Assembly (NCBI GenBank): GCA_022563395.1
Contig: JADFNM010000001.1
Span: 590,342 to 654,341, forward strand
Length of the DNA: 64,000 nt
Direction of reading: 5' to 3'
DNA from: Patescibacteria group bacterium
GTDB lineage: Bacteria > Patescibacteriota > Minisyncoccia > Minisyncoccales > UBA10102
Below are positions 41,549-49,416 of this stretch, in pieces. The notes under the pieces were generated by a model that saw nothing but the letters and a program-made list of their open reading frames with translations, did no database searches and had not been told where the DNA came from. Both the position numbers and the translations under genes were made by a program. Every line of letters starts with the position of its first letter. Position 1 is the stretch's first letter.

Positions 41549-44500
41549 ATGAGAAAATTCAAAAGGATTTTTGCTGCTGTAACTGTCATGACTATGTTGG
41601 GAGTGGCAGCTGTTCCTGTACCTGCTTCTGCTTTAACTGCAGAAGAACTGCAGGTACAGATTGATGCCCTTTTGGCACAGTTGGCAACATTACAGACAGA
41701 GTTAACTGAATTAACAGGAGAAGAAGCCCCAACAACAGGTGCAATTACAGGAGTCCCCGATGGCTTTACCTTTGAGACCAATCTGGCTCAAGGAGACTCT
41801 GGGAGCGACGTAATGTACCTCCAGATTGTGCTGAACTCTGATTCAGACACCAAGCTGGCAGATTCAGGAGCCGGTTCTCCTGGAAGTGAAACAACCTTCT
41901 TTGGTCCTATAACCAATGCTGGTGTTGTAAAATTCCAGGAAAAGTATGCCGATGAGGTTTTGGCAACTTATGGACTAACATCTGGAACAGGTTTTGTGGG
42001 CACTACCACAAGAGCAAAACTTAATTCTCTGCTTGGTGCAGCTCCCGCAGGTGAAGAGGAGCCAACAGGAGAAGAGCCAACAGGAGAAGAGCCGATAGTA
42101 GAAGGAGATTTGTCAGTTGCCACGCCTGGTCCTGCAGTTACAACGTTTGTTGCAGGTCAAGCCACCGCAAACCTGATTGATCTTACATTTGTTGGAACAG
42201 CCACCGTTACAGGACTTACGTTAGAAAGAATTGGTGTTTCTAGTAATACCACGGCTTCAAACGTATACCTGTTTGACGGCGTTGTTCGTTTGACCGATGC
42301 TGGCACAGTGAATTCAGACGGCGTTGTTACCTTTAACAATGCAAACGGCCTGTTTATTGTGAGCGGCGTAAAGACCATTTCAGTGAAATCAGACATCTTA
42401 AACGGTTCGGGCGAAACCCTTGGTATGCAGTTGACTGCAGTTACCCTTGCAAGCGGCACGGTGAGCGGCCTTCCCGTTACGGGAAACCTTAACACCATTG
42501 CTTCAGCCAGTTTGGGTACTGTTACCCTTGGTCTAATAACTCCAACCACGTCAACTATTGACGCGGCAAACGACGTTATCGTTTGGGAGAGTACTGCAAC
42601 TGTGGGTCTACGCAAGGTTTCATTGACCAGACTTGCGCTTCGCAACATCGGTTCCATTAACTCAACGGATGTTCAAAACTTCCGCTTGCAGGTTAGTGGC
42701 GTAGAAGTTGCCCAGACTCAAAGCCTGGACTCAAGCGGATTTGTTACCTTTGACCTTTCTGCTTCACCATATGTTCTGGATACGGGAAACCGCATACTCA
42801 GAGTTATGGCCGACGTGATAGGAGGAGCTTCTCGAAACCTGCAAATGTCATTGCGCAGAGCCGCAGACATTGGTTTGGTTGACAGCAGCTTCAACGTCAA
42901 CATTACTGCAAGTGATACTTACCCGGCAAGTACCGGAGTTGTTGATATCAACGCAGGAACAATGACGGTGGTAAAGGCATCTGATTCGCCTTCCGGTAAC
43001 ATTACCGACGCAGCAGTAGATGCTGTCTTGGCACGCTACACGTTTACTGCATTCGGGGAGCCAATTAAGGTTGAAACCTTAAACGCTGTCGTTGATTCCA
43101 GTGATAATGCCGTGGCCCAGTTAAGAAACGGCCGCATTATGGTGAATGGAGCTCAGGTTGGAAGCACTGCCGCACTTGTAGAGGAGAATACAACAGCAAC
43201 AGGTACGCAGTACACAACCAACTTCATTGTGAACCCTGGCACTCCGGTAACCGTGGAAATTCGCGCCGACATCTTTGACGACGACGGAACAAACGATGTT
43301 ATCTCAGGTGTCACCCTTGTAGCCAGCCTGGCTCAAGTTACAGGCAATGCTGTGCCTCAGACGTCACTTGGTACCATTAATGTTCCAACTGCTAACCAGG
43401 CTGCAAACCAGGTATCCGTAGCAACCGGCTCTGCCACATTGGTTGCAACAGCAAGTTACCCCAACCAGACCTTTACGGTTCCAATTACAGCTTACAAGAT
43501 TGCTGAGTGGGATTTGACGAATGGTTCTACAGAGGCAGTGAACATTACAACCCTTGACGCAGACTTTGCAAGAACTGGCAATCTTCTTATCGGAAGCTTG
43601 TCTGACGTATGGGTTAAGTACGGTAGCAACACTTCTACCGTTAAGTCTTCGGTAATCTTGACTCCCAATGTTTGGTCTGTAAACTTCCAGCTCGCTAAAA
43701 GCGAGACCATGAAGATTCAGGTGTTTGCAAACATCAGCAGCTTTTCGATTACAAGCGACACGGTAACCGTAACAATGGAAGTTTCAGGAACTGGTGTTGA
43801 TTCTGCAACCACTGTTACTACCAGTGCACAACCCGGCCAAACCATGACTGCCGGAACAGGTACCCTAGTAGCTGCATTAGATGCCTCATCGCCTAATTCT
43901 GCATTGATTGACGACTCAGGCACTGTAAACGTTGCAGCATTTGAGTGGACAACCACAAACGACATCTTCACGATTACCGAGATAAACGTCAATCTTTCAA
44001 CCGCAACCGCAGTAACAAGCGTGCACTTGATGGATGGTACCACTGCGCTTTCGACGAAGCCCGGTGCCATCGACGTAACATTCGGAGGTCTTTCTATACC
44101 GATTGTTGCAAACGGCACCAAGACATTAGGTATTGACCTTGTAATGTCTACGGTTGGATTTGGATTCGGTCTTACCGCTTCAGATGTGGCTGTAACGCTC
44201 GACGTTGTAACATCTAAGGATTCACAGGGTGTGGAGTACGTTGACGCGAGTCCTAACAGTGATCAAGGTAGCCTGAATGATGATGGCGGTGATCCTGTGG
44301 GTAACGCAACCTACGCCTACAAAGCAGTTCCAACCATTACTTTGGTAAGTCTGCCTACAGGCCTATTGGGTACGGGTACCAAGACACTTTCTAAGTTCAC
44401 CATAAATACCAATGGTACAGGAACCATTGCCTGGAGAAAGCTTCTCTTTACGGTTACCAAGTCAATAGTTGCTGGTGATGGAGTCATTAGTGCCCCAGCC

Positions 44501-45373
44501 CTATGGGAGGGCAATGAACAGGTTACCGGTACTGCAATTGTAACTAACCTTGGCGTTGGTCAGAGTCCAGGGAGCATTACATTCTTGGCTACGAGCGAAG
44601 AAGCGATTTCAGGAGCCAAGACCTATGAGTTGCGTGCAACTATAGCTGGAACCATTGCAGTGAATGACAGCATTAACACGAGCATTGCAAACCCGCTTAC
44701 TACCTTTGCAGCTTCTCTTGGAGCTTTCGCATCACAAACCACAGGTGGTAGCAACGTCTACTACGATGTAGGTGATGGAGGTACGGCAGATGTTGGTGAT
44801 GTTCGCCAAAGCACTGCTCTCTCTGTAGTTTCTGCTTACGTACAGACAGACACAGGAATTGCAACGTTCTTAACGTCTGATAATACTGATGAAGTATTGT
44901 CATTCGGCACCGTTGGCACTGGCCTAACCATTATCCTGACGGAAACTGGTGCAGGTACAGACCTGATTACCAACCCGCTTACCGGTACATTGGTAGACGC
45001 TGGATTTACTTGTAACGCGCATGCTGCGGCAAATGGTGGTGGTGCTGTTGAGCCAATCCCTGCAAACATCTTGTCAGTTAAATGCACGAATGGCGCTGGT
45101 AATGAAGTGATTCTCAACACCGCCCTAGTGGTTCCAGATGCTGCGCTACAGATAACTACAATTACTCTTACCACAAGCACATTTGCGACCAACACCGTTG
45201 TTGGGGCAAATGATTCTGACCTCAACATTCCGTTGACAGCCGGAGTTGATGCAACAGCATCATTCCTGTGGACTGATAAGTCAGCTCAGAGTCATGGAAT
45301 TACCACGACTGACTGGACGCGAGACTACTTAATAGATGTTCTGCCAACAAGTACGCAGGGCCTCAATAAGTAA
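41549..45373 (+). CDS. Giant secreted surface protein (signal peptide, coiled coil, PG-binding-like domain, long Thr/Val/Ala-rich beta-region)
   Basis: 1274 aa. Has a signal-like N-terminus, AEELQVQIDALLAQLATLQTELTEL, and a PG_binding_1-like segment (DVMYLQIVLN...VVKFQEKYADEVL...GTGFVGTTTRAKLNSLLG). Confidence 0.8.
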   Translation: MRKFKRIFAAVTVMTMLGVAAVPVPASALTAEELQVQIDALLAQLATLQTELTELTGEEAPTTGAITGVPDGFTFETNLAQGDSGSDVMYLQIVLNSDSDTKLADSGAGSPGSETTFFGPITNAGVVKFQEKYADEVLATYGLTSGTGFVGTTTRAKLNSLLGAAPAGEEEPTGEEPTGEEPIVEGDLSVATPGPAVTTFVAGQATANLIDLTFVGTATVTGLTLERIGVSSNTTASNVYLFDGVVRLTDAGTVNSDGVVTFNNANGLFIVSGVKTISVKSDILNGSGETLGMQLTAVTLASGTVSGLPVTGNLNTIASASLGTVTLGLITPTTSTIDAANDVIVWESTATVGLRKVSLTRLALRNIGSINSTDVQNFRLQVSGVEVAQTQSLDSSGFVTFDLSASPYVLDTGNRILRVMADVIGGASRNLQMSLRRAADIGLVDSSFNVNITASDTYPASTGVVDINAGTMTVVKASDSPSGNITDAAVDAVLARYTFTAFGEPIKVETLNAVVDSSDNAVAQLRNGRIMVNGAQVGSTAALVEENTTATGTQYTTNFIVNPGTPVTVEIRADIFDDDGTNDVISGVTLVASLAQVTGNAVPQTSLGTINVPTANQAANQVSVATGSATLVATASYPNQTFTVPITAYKIAEWDLTNGSTEAVNITTLDADFARTGNLLIGSLSDVWVKYGSNTSTVKSSVILTPNVWSVNFQLAKSETMKIQVFANISSFSITSDTVTVTMEVSGTGVDSATTVTTSAQPGQTMTAGTGTLVAALDASSPNSALIDDSGTVNVAAFEWTTTNDIFTITEINVNLSTATAVTSVHLMDGTTALSTKPGAIDVTFGGLSIPIVANGTKTLGIDLVMSTVGFGFGLTASDVAVTLDVVTSKDSQGVEYVDASPNSDQGSLNDDGGDPVGNATYAYKAVPTITLVSLPTGLLGTGTKTLSKFTINTNGTGTIAWRKLLFTVTKSIVAGDGVISAPALWEGNEQVTGTAIVTNLGVGQSPGSITFLATSEEAISGAKTYELRATIAGTIAVNDSINTSIANPLTTFAASLGAFASQTTGGSNVYYDVGDGGTADVGDVRQSTALSVVSAYVQTDTGIATFLTSDNTDEVLSFGTVGTGLTIILTETGAGTDLITNPLTGTLVDAGFTCNAHAAANGGGAVEPIPANILSVKCTNGAGNEVILNTALVVPDAALQITTITLTTSTFATNTVVGANDSDLNIPLTAGVDATASFLWTDKSAQSHGITTTDWTRDYLIDVLPTSTQGLNK

Positions 45374-45459
45374 TTCTCTCAGTAACTGCATCCCTATCCT
45401 TGTGCGCCCTTCGTAGCCCTTGTGGTGAAGTAGGGTGGGGGATTAACAGGAAACCCACT

Positions 45460-45487
45460 AGCCCCGCCTCTCTGGCGGGGCTTTTGG
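45460..45487 (+). terminator. Intrinsic terminator after the giant surface-protein gene
   Basis: AGCCCCGCC-tctct-GGCGGGGCT followed by TTTGGTTT. Confidence 0.7.
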
Positions 45488-45502
45488 TTTGGCGCTGAGT
45501 AT

Positions 45503-45510
45503 TGTATAAT
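45503..45510 (+). promoter_or_regulatory. Extended -10 box 7 nt upstream of the ATG (leaderless-type start)
   Basis: TGTATAAT at 45503-45510, ATG at 45518, no Shine-Dalgarno. Confidence 0.5.
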
Positions 45511-45517
45511 TTGATTT

Positions 45518-47221
45518 ATGAAGCTGCGTACAAAGATATTATTTTCTATTGTTTTTACAGTTGTTTTTTTGCCATCCGCTGTTCAGGCCGAGTTTTTGGG
45601 CCAGACTGTTGTTTTTTTTGTTGACTCTTCTTATGACGCAACAAAAAGAGAGGAATTGCCTGCGGCTTTGGTAAAGATTTCTCCCAAACTTCTTTTATAT
45701 ATTGATGATGCCTGGTGGTCAGCTCAAAACCCTTTTGTGCAAGATGAGGTAAGGCGCTCTTTTAATGCTTTGGCAACAGAGTTTGAAGGAAGAATATATC
45801 CTATTCTTACCTCAACCTTTGGAAGCGAATGGAAGCCGGGGATTGACAACGATTCTCGTATTACGGTTCTTTTTCACCCCATGACAGATGAGGCCGGGGG
45901 ATACACAAATTACGGAGACGAATATCCCAAGGTACAGAACCCCACATCAAACGAGCGTGAAATGGTTTATTTAAACACTGCTTTTATCACAAGCCCAATG
46001 CTCAAGAGCCTTCTTTCGCATGAATTGGTACATTTGATTACCTTTAATCAGAAAGAAAACCTGCACAACGTTTCAGAAGAGATGTGGCTCAATGAGGCAA
46101 GGGCAGAATATGCTTCAACGCTTTTGGGATATGACGATGTGTTTTTAGGTTCAAACCTTGAACGGAGGATACAAACGTTTATCCAAGACCCTACCGATTC
46201 CTTGATAGAATGGAATAACGAAAAATCTGATTATGCGGTGGTAAATCTTTTTATACAGTATCTTGTTGACCAGTACGGGTTAAACATTCTTAAAGATTCT
46301 CTGCTATCTAGCAAGGTTGGGGCAGCCTCTCTGTTTGAAGCACTGGAGAACAATGGATTTAGCACCACCTTTGCCGAAGTGTTTACCGATTGGACCATTG
46401 CAGTGCTTGTGAATGACTGCGCCCTAGGAGAAAGGTATTGCTATAAAAATCAAAACCTTAAAGATTTTAAGGTGGTTCCGCAAACCAACTTTTTGCCTGT
46501 TTCAGGAGAGAGTACGTTTTCTTTGGTGAACACCACAAAGGATTGGGCAGGGAACTGGTACAAACTTGTGGGAGGCAACAATGTACTTAAGGTAGAATTT
46601 CAGGGTAATCCTTTGGCAATCTTTAAACTGCCCTACCTTGTAGAAAATCGCGAAGGGCAGATTACTCTTAAGTTTGTTACTCTTAACGAAAACCAGAAGG
46701 GGCAGTTTGAGCTCCAAAATTATAAGGAAAACCGTTCCCTCATTCTCATTCCTTCTCCCCAGACAAATACCCAAGATACCGAGAATTTTCTTCCTTATCA
46801 GTTTGTTTTAACCTTTTCTACAGCCCAAAGAACTCAAGAGCAAGAGCAGGTTTTAATTGACCAGCTCTTAGCTCAAATTGATTTTCTTGCAAAAGAGATA
46901 GCCAAGATTCAGGCACAAATTTATGCTCTTTTGGCAGGCCAGGGCACGGCAAACTGCTCTTCATTTACTAGGGATTTGTCTTTTGGAATGAAAGATAATT
47001 TTGAGGTTAGCTGCTTGCAGGAGTTTCTAAAATCAGAGGGACCTGACATCTATCCTGAAGGAATTGTATCTGGCAACTTTCTTTCTTTGACGCAGGCAGC
47101 GGTAGTGCGCTTTCAAGAAAAATATGCGGATGATGTTCTGCTGCCTTTGGATTTGGAGAAGGGGACAGGATATGTTGGAGCTTCCACAAGAGCAAAAATC
47201 AACTCCATTTTATCTCCTTAA
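45518..47221 (+). CDS. Secreted zinc metallopeptidase-like protein with C-terminal coiled coil and PG-binding-like domain
   Basis: 567 aa with a signal peptide and the HELVHL (HExxH) motif. The C-terminal LIDQLLAQIDFLAKEIAKIQAQIYALL is followed by VVRFQEKYADDVL...GTGYVGASTRAKINSIL. Confidence 0.75.
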   Translation: MKLRTKILFSIVFTVVFLPSAVQAEFLGQTVVFFVDSSYDATKREELPAALVKISPKLLLYIDDAWWSAQNPFVQDEVRRSFNALATEFEGRIYPILTSTFGSEWKPGIDNDSRITVLFHPMTDEAGGYTNYGDEYPKVQNPTSNEREMVYLNTAFITSPMLKSLLSHELVHLITFNQKENLHNVSEEMWLNEARAEYASTLLGYDDVFLGSNLERRIQTFIQDPTDSLIEWNNEKSDYAVVNLFIQYLVDQYGLNILKDSLLSSKVGAASLFEALENNGFSTTFAEVFTDWTIAVLVNDCALGERYCYKNQNLKDFKVVPQTNFLPVSGESTFSLVNTTKDWAGNWYKLVGGNNVLKVEFQGNPLAIFKLPYLVENREGQITLKFVTLNENQKGQFELQNYKENRSLILIPSPQTNTQDTENFLPYQFVLTFSTAQRTQEQEQVLIDQLLAQIDFLAKEIAKIQAQIYALLAGQGTANCSSFTRDLSFGMKDNFEVSCLQEFLKSEGPDIYPEGIVSGNFLSLTQAAVVRFQEKYADDVLLPLDLEKGTGYVGASTRAKINSILSP

Positions 47222-47259
47222 TTTCGTTTAAGCATTCTTGCCTAAATGAAATTAAGGAG
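47214..47259. repeat. P-family palindrome across the stop codon of the 45518 gene (terminator-like)
   Basis: CTCCTTAATTTCGTTTAAGC-attctt-GCCTAAATGAAATTAAGGAG. The arm sequence is intermediate between the two P-family variants. Confidence 0.8.
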
Positions 47260-47262
47260 ATA

Positions 47263-47291
47263 TTGACAAAATCAAACTCATAGTGTATAAG
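47263..47291 (+). promoter_or_regulatory. Strong sigma-70-type promoter with no ORF behind it
   Basis: TTGACA, 17-nt spacer, TATAAG. Confidence 0.55.
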
Positions 47292-47297
47292 GGAGAT

Positions 47298-47366
47298 GTG
47301 AGTGCAACCCTTTTGGGTGCTCTACGTAAGACGGCGAAAAACCTCCCTCGAGCGAGGTTTTTTGCT
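47298..47366 (+). ncRNA. Candidate small RNA or terminating leader (orphan promoter-to-terminator unit)
   Basis: Predicted ~65-nt transcript with hairpin AGTGCAACCC-tttt-GGGTGCTCT. It ends in AAAAACCTC-cctcgagc-GAGGTTTTTT. There is no ORF and I recognise no known RNA family. Confidence 0.3.
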
Positions 47367-47490
47367 TTTAAAAGGACTTTTTGATACCATATAATCGGAT
47401 CGGGAGTAGCGCTCACAAAGTCTTACATGTGGAGTCTAGCGCTTCCGGTCCATATATATGCGTCTCATCTAGTAGATGAGACATATATAT

Positions 47491-48438
47491 ATGGATGCGA
47501 GTATCTTAAAACTTCTCCCGAGGACAAGAAGAAATGTTCCTCTTGCTTCCTACACCACGTTTAAGATTGGGGGGCGAGCCCGCTATTTTTTTATTGCACA
47601 AAAGACGAAAGATATTGTTGATGCGGTAGAGGCAGCAAAAAGCTTACAGGTGCCGTTTTTTGTTTTGGCAGGGGGGAGCAACGTGTTGCTTGCAGACAAG
47701 GGATTTTCTGGTCTAGTAATTTATATACAAAATACAACATACAAGATACAAGGCACAAAACTCTATGCTGAGGCCGGAGTAGATTTTCCTGTGATTGTAA
47801 AAGAGACAGGAAAGAAAGGATTGGCGGGGTTGGAATGGGCAGGTGGGCTGCCAGGTTCTGTTGGTGGAGCCGTGAGAGGAAACGCAGGAGCCTTTGGAGG
47901 CGAAGTCAAAGACAATATTCTTTCGGTTGTGGCGTTAGATACGAAGGGAAATGTGAAAGTGCTTTCTAGAAAGCAGTGCAGGTTTTCTTACCGAGACTCT
48001 ATGTTTAAAGAAAAGAACTGGATTGTGTTTTCTGCAACCTTTCAGCTAAAAAAGGGAAACAAGAAAGAGATTCAATCAGCAGCACAAGACCATATACAGT
48101 ACCGAAAGGAGCGACACCCCCTAGAATATCCTAATGCGGGAAGCATTTTTAAGAACTGCGACTTTAAAAAGTTTTCAAGGAAGCTTAAAAAAGAATTGCA
48201 ACATGTGGTAAAAGTGGATCCTTTTCCCGTTGTTCCCACCGCATATCTTATTTCTGAGGCCGGATTGAAAGGATTGCGCGTTGGAAAGGCAGAAGTTTCC
48301 AGAAAACATCCAAACTATATGGTAAACTTGGGGGGAGCTTCTTCGAAAGATGTGTTGCGCTTGATAGAAAAGGTAAAGAAAAGTATTAAAAAGAAATTTT
48401 CCGTGTCGTTAGAACAAGAAGTGCAGTATATTTCATGA
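47491..48438 (+). CDS. murB: UDP-N-acetylenolpyruvoylglucosamine reductase
   Basis: The ATG at 47491 gives MDASILKLLP.... Has an FAD-binding fold (YTTFKIGG.ARYF, GGGSNVL) and C-terminal MurB motifs (AGSIFKN, HPNYMVN). Confidence 0.9.
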   Translation: MDASILKLLPRTRRNVPLASYTTFKIGGRARYFFIAQKTKDIVDAVEAAKSLQVPFFVLAGGSNVLLADKGFSGLVIYIQNTTYKIQGTKLYAEAGVDFPVIVKETGKKGLAGLEWAGGLPGSVGGAVRGNAGAFGGEVKDNILSVVALDTKGNVKVLSRKQCRFSYRDSMFKEKNWIVFSATFQLKKGNKKEIQSAAQDHIQYRKERHPLEYPNAGSIFKNCDFKKFSRKLKKELQHVVKVDPFPVVPTAYLISEAGLKGLRVGKAEVSRKHPNYMVNLGGASSKDVLRLIEKVKKSIKKKFSVSLEQEVQYIS

Positions 48439-48598
48439 TGTAATACTTTATTTGTTTGTTTTGTGGAAAACTATCTCTAACGGGGTTGACAGCACACGTT
48501 TATAATGAAAAAATATATAAATAGTATTGCGATGGTAACATTATGAAAAGTCGAACCACCTGCAAATGTACTTCAACAATATTTTGATACATACTACT

Positions 48599-48709
48599 AT
48601 GGCAAAGAAGCGAAGAAAGAAAGCTGCTTCCAAGAAGAAAGCAGCTCCAAAGAGAAAGAAGGCTGCTCCCAAGAAAAAGAAAGCAGCAAAGAGAAAAAAG
48701 AAGAGATAG
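48599..48709 (+). CDS. Small Lys/Ala-rich basic protein (histone H1-like tail composition)
   Basis: 36 aa, MAKKRRKKAASKKKAAPKRKKAAPKKKKAAKRKKKR, followed by a 15-bp-stem hairpin. The opposite-strand ORFs are Phe/Leu-rich mirror artefacts. Confidence 0.5.
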   Translation: MAKKRRKKAASKKKAAPKRKKAAPKKKKAAKRKKKR

Positions 48710-48725
48710 TCTCCAGAAAGATGTA

Positions 48726-48770
48726 CCTGCTTTGCAAAACGATTTGCTTTTAGCAGTTTTGCAAAGCAGG
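48726..48770 (+). terminator. Strong hairpin 3' of the small basic-protein ORF
   Basis: Perfect 15-bp stem CCTGCTTTGCAAAAC/GTTTTGCAAAGCAGG with a 15-nt loop. Only a weak T-run lies downstream. Confidence 0.5.
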
Positions 48771-48884
48771 CCCTGGATTTGCATTTTTGCCCCACTCCAT
48801 TTCTTGGGGTTGTTTTTTTGACTGGCCTGTGGTAGAGTAGTGCTACAGAAAAATATAATCTTCAATCGATTTTTTCCTCTTTTT

Positions 48885-48912
48885 CCCCGCACATAACTCG
48901 TTATGTGCGGGG
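48885..48912. repeat. Twin hairpin A upstream of speH
   Basis: CCCCGCACATAA-ctcg-TTATGTGCGGGG. Confidence 0.7.
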
Positions 48913-48962
48913 TGTCCCAAGATTTTGGGCGCTCCGTCTTCACTGAAATGTGAGGGCTGAGG

Positions 48963-48987
48963 CCCCGCACATAAATTATGTGCGGGG
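48963..48987. repeat. Twin hairpin B upstream of speH
   Basis: CCCCGCACATAAATTATGTGCGGGG. The arms are the same as in hairpin A, which lies 50 nt upstream. Confidence 0.7.
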
Positions 48988-49011
48988 TAAGCGATTGAAT
49001 ACATATGCTTT

Positions 49012-49416
49012 ATGCAGCAGACAAAGAGGGTTCCTTCATGGACCAATCCTATCAATGCAATAGTTCCCAAATTTGCGTATGCTGGCACCCACGTGGTAGC
49101 TGATTTTTGGAACGGCAAAGTCATTGAAGACAAGAAAGAACTGGAACAACTCTTGCTGGGAGCGGCAAAAGCTGCAAACAGCAAGCCCTTGCAAATTTCT
49201 ATTTACAAGTTTGCCCCCCAGGGTATCACGGGGGTTGTTTTGTTGGCAGAGTCGCATATTGCCCTGCATACCTGGCCTGAGATTAACTATATTGCAATAG
49301 ATATTTTCACCTGTGGCATGGAGGCGCGGCCCAAAGATGCTCTTTCGTACTTTGAAAAGCATTTGCACCCGGAGCGAGTTGAGGTAACAGAAATGAAACG
49401 AGGAAGACAACCATGA
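49012..49416 (+). CDS. speH: S-adenosylmethionine decarboxylase proenzyme (SpeH/class 1 pyruvoyl type)
   Basis: 134 aa. LLAESHIALHTWPE contains the Glu-Ser self-cleavage site. Also has AIDIFTCG. Confidence 0.88.
   Translation: MQQTKRVPSWTNPINAIVPKFAYAGTHVVADFWNGKVIEDKKELEQLLLGAAKAANSKPLQISIYKFAPQGITGVVLLAESHIALHTWPEINYIAIDIFTCGMEARPKDALSYFEKHLHPERVEVTEMKRGRQP

Noticed and set aside
42157-42657. 166-aa minus-strand ORF, and several other 60-135-aa ORFs inside 41549-45373
   Set aside because: They are antisense or off-frame within a long uninterrupted 1274-codon gene that has a signal peptide and a PG-binding domain, so I treat them as shadow ORFs.
48500-48970. 156-aa and 84-aa minus-strand ORFs
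   Set aside because: Their Phe/Leu/Ser-rich runs are the reverse complement of the AAG/AAA-rich 36-codon plus-strand ORF. They also run through intergenic hairpins, so I prefer the small basic protein on the + strand.
48885-48987. dif/Xer recombination site interpretation of the twin hairpins
   Set aside because: The arms resemble dif half-sites only loosely. The central region is 2-4 nt instead of 6, and there are two tandem copies in an operon leader. I kept this only as a remote alternative in the finding.
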